The notes beneath the pieces are model-generated. The model was given only the letters and a program-made list of their open reading frames with translations. It had not been told where the DNA came from and ran no database searches. From the human T2T-CHM13v2.0 reference genome, Homo sapiens: 64,000 nucleotides of DNA. A program made the translations under genes and the position numbers. The stretch is taken from NCBI RefSeq assembly GCF_009914755.1, contig NC_060927.1; one strand, 5' to 3'. This document shows positions 58,064 to 64,000 of this stretch, in pieces; position 1 is the stretch's first letter; every line of letters begins with the position of its first letter.

Positions 58064-59514
58064 TTTTTTAAAAGAAAGACTGAAAATCAATTATCTAAAT
58101 TTCCATCTAAGAACTTAGAAGCAGAACAGTGAAAGAAACCCAAGGAAGTAGAATAAAGGCAATGATAAAGATCACAGCACAAATTAATTATGTGGGAAAA
58201 ATGTGCAATGCTGAAAAATCAGTAGAGCTACAGGGCTTTTTTAGGAAAAGACTAAAATAGATAGATGATAGATAGCCAAGATAGATAGATAAAACTCACA
58301 AATTCCTAGCAAAACTGATAAGAAACAAAAGAGAAGACACACATGAATTTCAGGAATAGGAAGGGTGACCTCAGCACAATTGGACAGACATTTAAAACAG
58401 TAGTATGAGAATATTATGAGCAACTTAACAGTAATACATTTGAACATTAATACGAAAGGGACAAATTCCTTGAAACACATGATTTATCCCACATATTTAA
58501 ATAAAAATCTGAATATTATTATATCAAAGAAATTGAATCTGTAATTGAAAGCCTGCACACACACACACACATATGCACCCCACAATCCCAGGCCTCAGGT
58601 AGTGTCATAAATGAGCTCTTTCAAACATTTTATTAATAAATTATACCAATCTTGCACAGATTATTTCAGCAATAGAAAAGAAGGAAACACTTCTAACTTT
58701 TTTTTTGATGTATCTAGTATGACCTGGGTGTCAAAATCAAGCAAGACTATTTACCAAAAAGAAAAAGTACAGGCAAATCTGTCTCATGGAAAAAATCATA
58801 AAAATTCCAAATGAAGTATTACCTAAGTGAACTCAGGCATATATAAAAAAAGTAGCGTATCATGACGAGGTTTATTTTAGAGATGCAAAAATCAATCCTG
58901 TTATTTATCATGTTAACAGAATAAGAAAAAACATCTAATTATCTTTATAGATTCAAAAAAGTGGTAAATAAAACTTTACACCTGTTTATGAATCAAATAT
59001 GAAAGAAATTAGGATTAGAAAGGAACATTTATCTATAGCTATCTGTATCTACCCTACAGTACCCATCATACCTACCTTGAACTATTAAAACCTCTCCTGA
59101 GATTTGAAGCAAGAAAAGGATAACCATTGCCACCACTTTTTCTTAGCATCCTATTTGAGGACCCACAAGTACAATAATGAATATTTTAAGAATTGGACAA
59201 ATGGAAAAGCTATTTGAACAAGCATTTCAACAAGATGTTATCCAAATGGCCAATACATGAGAATGTGCTTAATCTGATTAATCACTGGGAAAATGCAAAT
59301 TAGAATCATAAGCTGATGCTATTATTAAACTCCCAGAATAGACCAATGAAAAACCCAGCATATCCCAAATGTTGGCAAGAATGAGTAGCATCTGAACTCT
59401 AATATACCACTGGTGGGAGTGTAAATTAGAATAGCCTTTTAAGAAGACCATTTGTCTATAAATACTAAACAACACCTTAGACCTTTTGACCCAGCAAGTC
59501 CAGTCTTAGATGTA

Positions 59515-59797
59515 CAGCTGCTCCTCAGTAGCTGCAGGGGTATATTGGTTTCAGGACACCTGTGTATGCCAAAATCTGTGGATACTCAAGTCCTGCATCT
59601 GGCCCTGTGGAACTCGAGTATATAAAAAACAGGCCCTCCACATATGCAGGTTTCACATCCTGTGAATACTGTACTTTGAATCCACATTTGGTTGTGGATG
59701 CAGCACCTGCTGATATAGAGGGTCCACTGTATTTAGAAAAATCCACATATAAAATGGACCTGTATAGTTCAAACCTGTATTGTTTAAGGGTCAACTG
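59515..59797. mobile_element. MER2B-like TcMar-Tigger DNA transposon
   Basis: TA|cagctgctcctc...aagggtcaactg|TA termini; ccaaaatctgtggatactcaagtcc; gttcaaacctgtattgtttaagggtcaactg. Confidence 0.88.
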
Positions 59798-60254
59798 TAT
59801 TATCCAACAGAAACACATTGGTAAGCTCATTGAAGACATGCATGAGAATGTTCATAGCAGCACTCTTCACAAAAGCCAAAAATAAGAAAATATTTAAATG
59901 CTCATCTTTTGTGAAATGAATATTGTAGTATATTCACAGAAGGGAACAATACACAGGAATAAGAATGTGTGATCTACAAGTATATGCAACAAAATGGATG
60001 TATATCCTAAACAATGCTGAATGAGAGAAGCCAGACACACTTGAATGAAAAGTTAACTTGAGCAAAACAGTCAAAGCTGCATAGCAAGGACATCAGACAA
60101 AATCAGTTACATTCAGTCAAGATGCATTGTTGCTCAGTCTGCCTATTACCTGACTGGTCCTTCAGTATCAGTTGTTTTCTGCTCTGATGGATCCACACTT
60201 CGGTGCGACTTTGCTTATGCTTCTACTTTACTTCTTCTGCTGTTCCTGACCAAA

Positions 60255-60370
60255 CCCTTCTCTCCCTTCCCTGTCTCTCTCTGTCTCCCTCTGTCTCCCT
60301 CTTCCTCTTTCTCCCATTTTTCCCTGCCCCTCCATACCTCCCCCTTGTCCACTCCATCCCCTCTTCCAGC
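60255..60370. repeat. CT-rich polypyrimidine low-complexity tract
   Basis: About 115 nt of almost only C/T. Confidence 0.8.
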
Positions 60371-61151
60371 CACACTCATCTCATGAGGCAAGGATCTATC
60401 AAGTTAGCTAGTCAACATGCAGAAGAGGTACCTCATTTGAGCAGAACCGTAATCAAGCCACCTCACAGGCCACTATCAAACTTGAAGATGGATTGGAATA
60501 CTCGCCAATTGTTAACTGGATTGGATAAATACATAAAATTGAGTCCTGTCTATAAAGATGACTTATGGCCACAGGTTTAGGAGTGGTCTGTGGGCATATC
60601 CTGTATATGGACTCAACCAAATCACATTTCTGTTTAGTCCTCAACTCCAGCTACATTTTAAACTTTGGAAACCACAGAAATACCCTTTTACCTTTCTCAC
60701 ACTGTCCACTACAATGGCATATATATAGTGGTGGGTAACTAATAATTATTTGAGAAGCCAATAACAACATATTTAATGGGTAAGCAGGTGGCCTAGTGTC
60801 CTGACCTTAGTTTAGTTTCTCTCATTGTTCTCAATTTCATCCTCAAATGATTCTATGTAAAATTTCTGGGTCTGTACCATAAGCTTCCCAAATCTGTAAG
60901 ACTAGAAAATACCTTAGTTTATTGTTCAAAAGTAATATTTCAGATACCAAAATTATGACTTGTCTCTTTCTTCACATCAAAATTAGAGTGCATTCATTCT
61001 AATTAAAATGAAATATTGTTTTATTTCATTTAATCCAAGGTTAAATAATGATGTCATTCTATGATGGTTCATTTTTAACAGAGACCCACCGAAGTTTCTT
61101 TTTGTATGTCTAGTTACAAGAGGCTAATTCTGTTTGACTATTCACTTGCAG

Positions 61152-61274
61152 ATATAAATGAATGTACCATTGACAATGGTGGCTGTCAAGATCGATGCTG
61201 TAATACAGTTGGCAGTTATTACTGCAAATGTCAAGCTGGCCAGAAGCTGGAGGAAGATGGCAAAGGATGTGAAG
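61152..61274 (+). CDS. EGFEM1P: Internal exon encoding one calcium-binding EGF-like domain (EGF-like and EMI domain-containing 1; pseudogene in human)
   Basis: Acceptor ttcacttgcag| (AG 61150-61151) with branch-like ctaat/tgac upstream, and donor GAAG|gtaaca (GT 61275-61276). 123 bp, phase 1-1, open: [D][40 protein letters not shown]. Has the D-I-N-E-C start and C-x-N-x4-Y-x-C-x-C hydroxylation consensus. Gene identity is from recalled similarity to mouse Egfem1, not from a search. Confidence 0.88.
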
Positions 61275-61734
61275 GTAACAGTTAGGACTGTCTGCTTACT
61301 GATAAGGGAAGAGAGAACATCTATGTAATGCAAAAGAGGAGGTTGTCTTTTATCCAGAGCCAGTTGAAGTGCCTGTGTTGAATGTTGTCAAGAGCACAGA
61401 TCTTCCTCTCATGTCTAGATTACAGTATTGTAACCCTAAGAACATTTCAAGTAGCTTATTATGGGAAACATATGATTATATGCTGGTTTGGTTGTGTCAT
61501 GTTCTGATTATGGAATTTCAATCATTCATTTAAATCCCTGGATAAAGTACATATTTTTTAAAGCATTTCATTTAATTCTAAAGTAAAAATGATACTTATC
61601 ATAAAATACTCATATGTTGCTACAATGTAAATGGAGGGGCACAAAACTAACCACAGGAATAATGTTCTTGGTATAGAATTAGCTTTTTGCACAAACCTCA
61701 ATTTTCTGTTTCCTTTTAAAATTAATTCCTTCAT

Positions 61735-61870
61735 TTATTAATTCATCATTTTATTCATTTGACAATCATTGAGTTTCTGCTCTGTATCAGGCATTATTCC
61801 ATGCTCTGGAGATATAAAAATTAATGAGAAATAAATTATGTCCTGAAGGAGCTCACTGATTAGAAGCAAA
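61735..61870 (-). mobile_element. L2 3' end fragment
   Basis: attcatttgacaatcattgag..tgtatcaggcattattccatgctctggagatataaa..tcctgaaggagctcac. Confidence 0.65.
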
Positions 61871-61914
61871 GATTGAAACATAAGCCCAGGCCTTACAAAG
61901 TGGTATTTTTAGGC

Positions 61915-62150
61915 ATTATAGCATGCGGTAAGTGCATTGGATTCAAAGAGACATGTGTTTGAGACCTAACTCTGTCACTTATGATTTATGTTACCATGGG
62001 CAAGTTATTTTATTTTGCTAATACTCTTCCTTCATTGATAATATTTAGAATAATGGTGGTTTCTAAACCACAAAATTTGCTGTGAGAATTAAATAAGGTA
62101 ATGCATCTAAAGCACTTAGCATAAAGGGTGGTGCTCAAATGATAACTATA
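61915..62150 (+). mobile_element. MIR SINE
   Basis: ctctgtcactt..tgttaccatgggcaagttattt..tgtgagaattaaataaggtaatgcatctaaagcacttagca. Confidence 0.8.
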
Positions 62151-62723
62151 AGTGGTACTCTCATTTATGAACTTAGTTGCTGCCTGTCTTGGGAATGTAA
62201 TGGGGGACAGAGATTGCTTCCTTCTCTTAATTTCTGAAAGGGAACATAATAGATTAAAAGGATCACTATTACCATGCCTTATAACTGTCTTTCTGAATTT
62301 TTTCTATCTGGCCATATTACTAAAATGCCTGAGAATTTTATGTAGTCAGGCATCTTTGTTTGTTTGTTTTAAGATAACAGTAGAAAAGCATTTATTCTGA
62401 TTATGTTCTATCACGGATCTTAAAAAATCACATTCTTTTTTTCCCTTAACAAAGTTCATTCCTGATGGGGCATGTATGAATAAGTTGGTAAAAGAAAACA
62501 AAACAAACAAAAAATATCCCCACTGAAGGCACCTGAGGCTAGGGTTGTGGGTTTCATTGAGACTACCAAAGGCAAGACAAATTGTAGGTGTGAGTAGGTT
62601 GGAAAATGTATCAATTTCCCTTTATCATTCCCTCCCAGCAGGGCTTGTGCAGGCAATAATAGGAAGGGCTCCAGGTAGAGAGCCAGATGTTTAAAGGCAA
62701 CTATGTCTGGACCTTCCTGGGAC

Positions 62724-62791
62724 AGGGTTCATCTCAGGAAGCATCCTCTGCCTGGAAAGGGTTCATCTCAGGAAGCATCCTCTGCCTGGAA
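62724..62791. repeat. Perfect 34-bp tandem duplication
   Basis: agggttcatctcaggaagcatcctctgcctggaa at 62724 and 62758. Confidence 0.97.
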
Positions 62792-63919
62792 AAGTGTAAA
62801 TTCACAAAGGCAAACCCTAAATTCACCCAGGCTCTTTTTTCATTCAAGTGCAATAATCTCTATTTCTGGATGAAATTATTTGGCAATGGTGATCCCAGTA
62901 CTGATTCAATCTCAGAAGAAGAGTCAAGGACTGCATTGTGTTCAAGGTAAAAGTGGGATGGTGACCACTGAAGACGACATGGTCTGTACTATGAGAATAG
63001 TGTTTTCATGAACCCTCCCTTCATCTGACAGGCAACAAGCTATTTATTTCTCTTTGACTGAGTATTATTATTGCTGTATCATCATTGTCATTATTATAGA
63101 TATATTTGAAGCACCTATCACAGCAATTCACCATTGTTAGGTATAATAATTATTTTTATAATAGCTATTAGGCTAATAAGGCATGTTAGACTTCGCACCC
63201 ACTGGTTCATTTACTTTCACTTATATCCTATTTTAACTGAAGTTAGTTACTCATGGTCACTCATATAAGTGACAAGGTATTTAGAGAAATGATTTCCATG
63301 GTTTTATTTAGCTGAGTCCATTTGTACAAACTGAATACAATTAAGGTCAGTATTTGTATGAATCAAGAGTATGATAATCAAGAATCCAGAGTTTGATATA
63401 ATGAGATAACACTGACTTCCTACTTTCCCAGGACTAGGGATGGTGGTTTGAAGTAGAGCAGCTTACCTGCAAAGAACCTCTTCTCTCAGTCTCATTGATG
63501 TTAGAATCTTTTTTTTCTTTTCATTTCCTTAAATGACTATTTGCTGGAGATGGTACTGCTAGAGATTCAGCTTGCTTGATTGTTGAACATACAATCATCT
63601 CAGGTTTATTTATATACATGATTAAATAAAATATAATAGAGATCATTTTGAAATCCAGTGCATTCTAAAGACACTGCAAATGAACATTCATGTGAGTGTA
63701 GAAATGAGTCATTCATGTTTATTTACTGGCTGGTAACAGTAGAGGTCAGTTGGTTTCAAAGACCATTTAGTTGAATGCTACAGCATTGAATTAAACAGTC
63801 ATTTAAAAATACTTTTACTTTGCATTAATATAAATTGAATTTAAGTTATTTGAATTGCTTTTTAAAATATAGAGACCAGCATTTTAATGGGCATTTGTTG
63901 TACTATTTAAATAAATCTA

Positions 63920-64000
63920 GGCTGGGCATGGTGGCTCACGCCTATAATCCCAGCACTTTGGGAGGCTGAGGCAGGTGAATCACTTGAGTCCAGGAGTTCA
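63920..64000 (+). mobile_element. Alu (J-like) 5' end, cut by the window edge
   Basis: ggctgggcatggtggctcacgcctataatcccagcactttgggagg..tcacttgagtccaggagttca. Confidence 0.95.

Noticed and set aside
58257-58292. Degenerate (GATA)n resembling GATA/EVI1 sites
   Set aside because: A microsatellite remnant inside an old L1.
61142-61333. 63-aa hydrophobic minus-strand ORF
   Set aside because: Antisense shadow of the real EGF exon.

Overview
AT-rich primate (probably human) genomic DNA, almost entirely intron-like and rich in repeats. It holds 7 Alus plus one monomer, L1s from old L1ME to young L1PA, solo LTRs (LTR1, MER4A1, THE1B, MST, several MLT1), MER102 and MER2B DNA transposons, MIR/L2 remnants, a CR1/L3 fossil and microsatellites. 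There are no prokaryotic features, tRNA/rRNA or CRISPR. The supplied ORF track contains no real host CDS. It misses the one convincing coding-type exon: a 123-bp phase-1/phase-1 calcium-binding EGF exon at 61152-61274 (+), [D][40 protein letters not shown]. From memory this matches Egfem1/EGFEM1P (a MEGF6 paralogue and a unitary pseudogene in human, 3q26.2 near MECOM), so the window is probably one long intron plus this exon. The most unusual structure is a 185-bp segment (L1PA 3'UTR plus unique flank) present twice, 876 bp apart, whose ends coincide with a cryptic splice acceptor and donor. Repeat subfamily calls are by eye and boundaries are approximate. I found no clear new multi-gene system.
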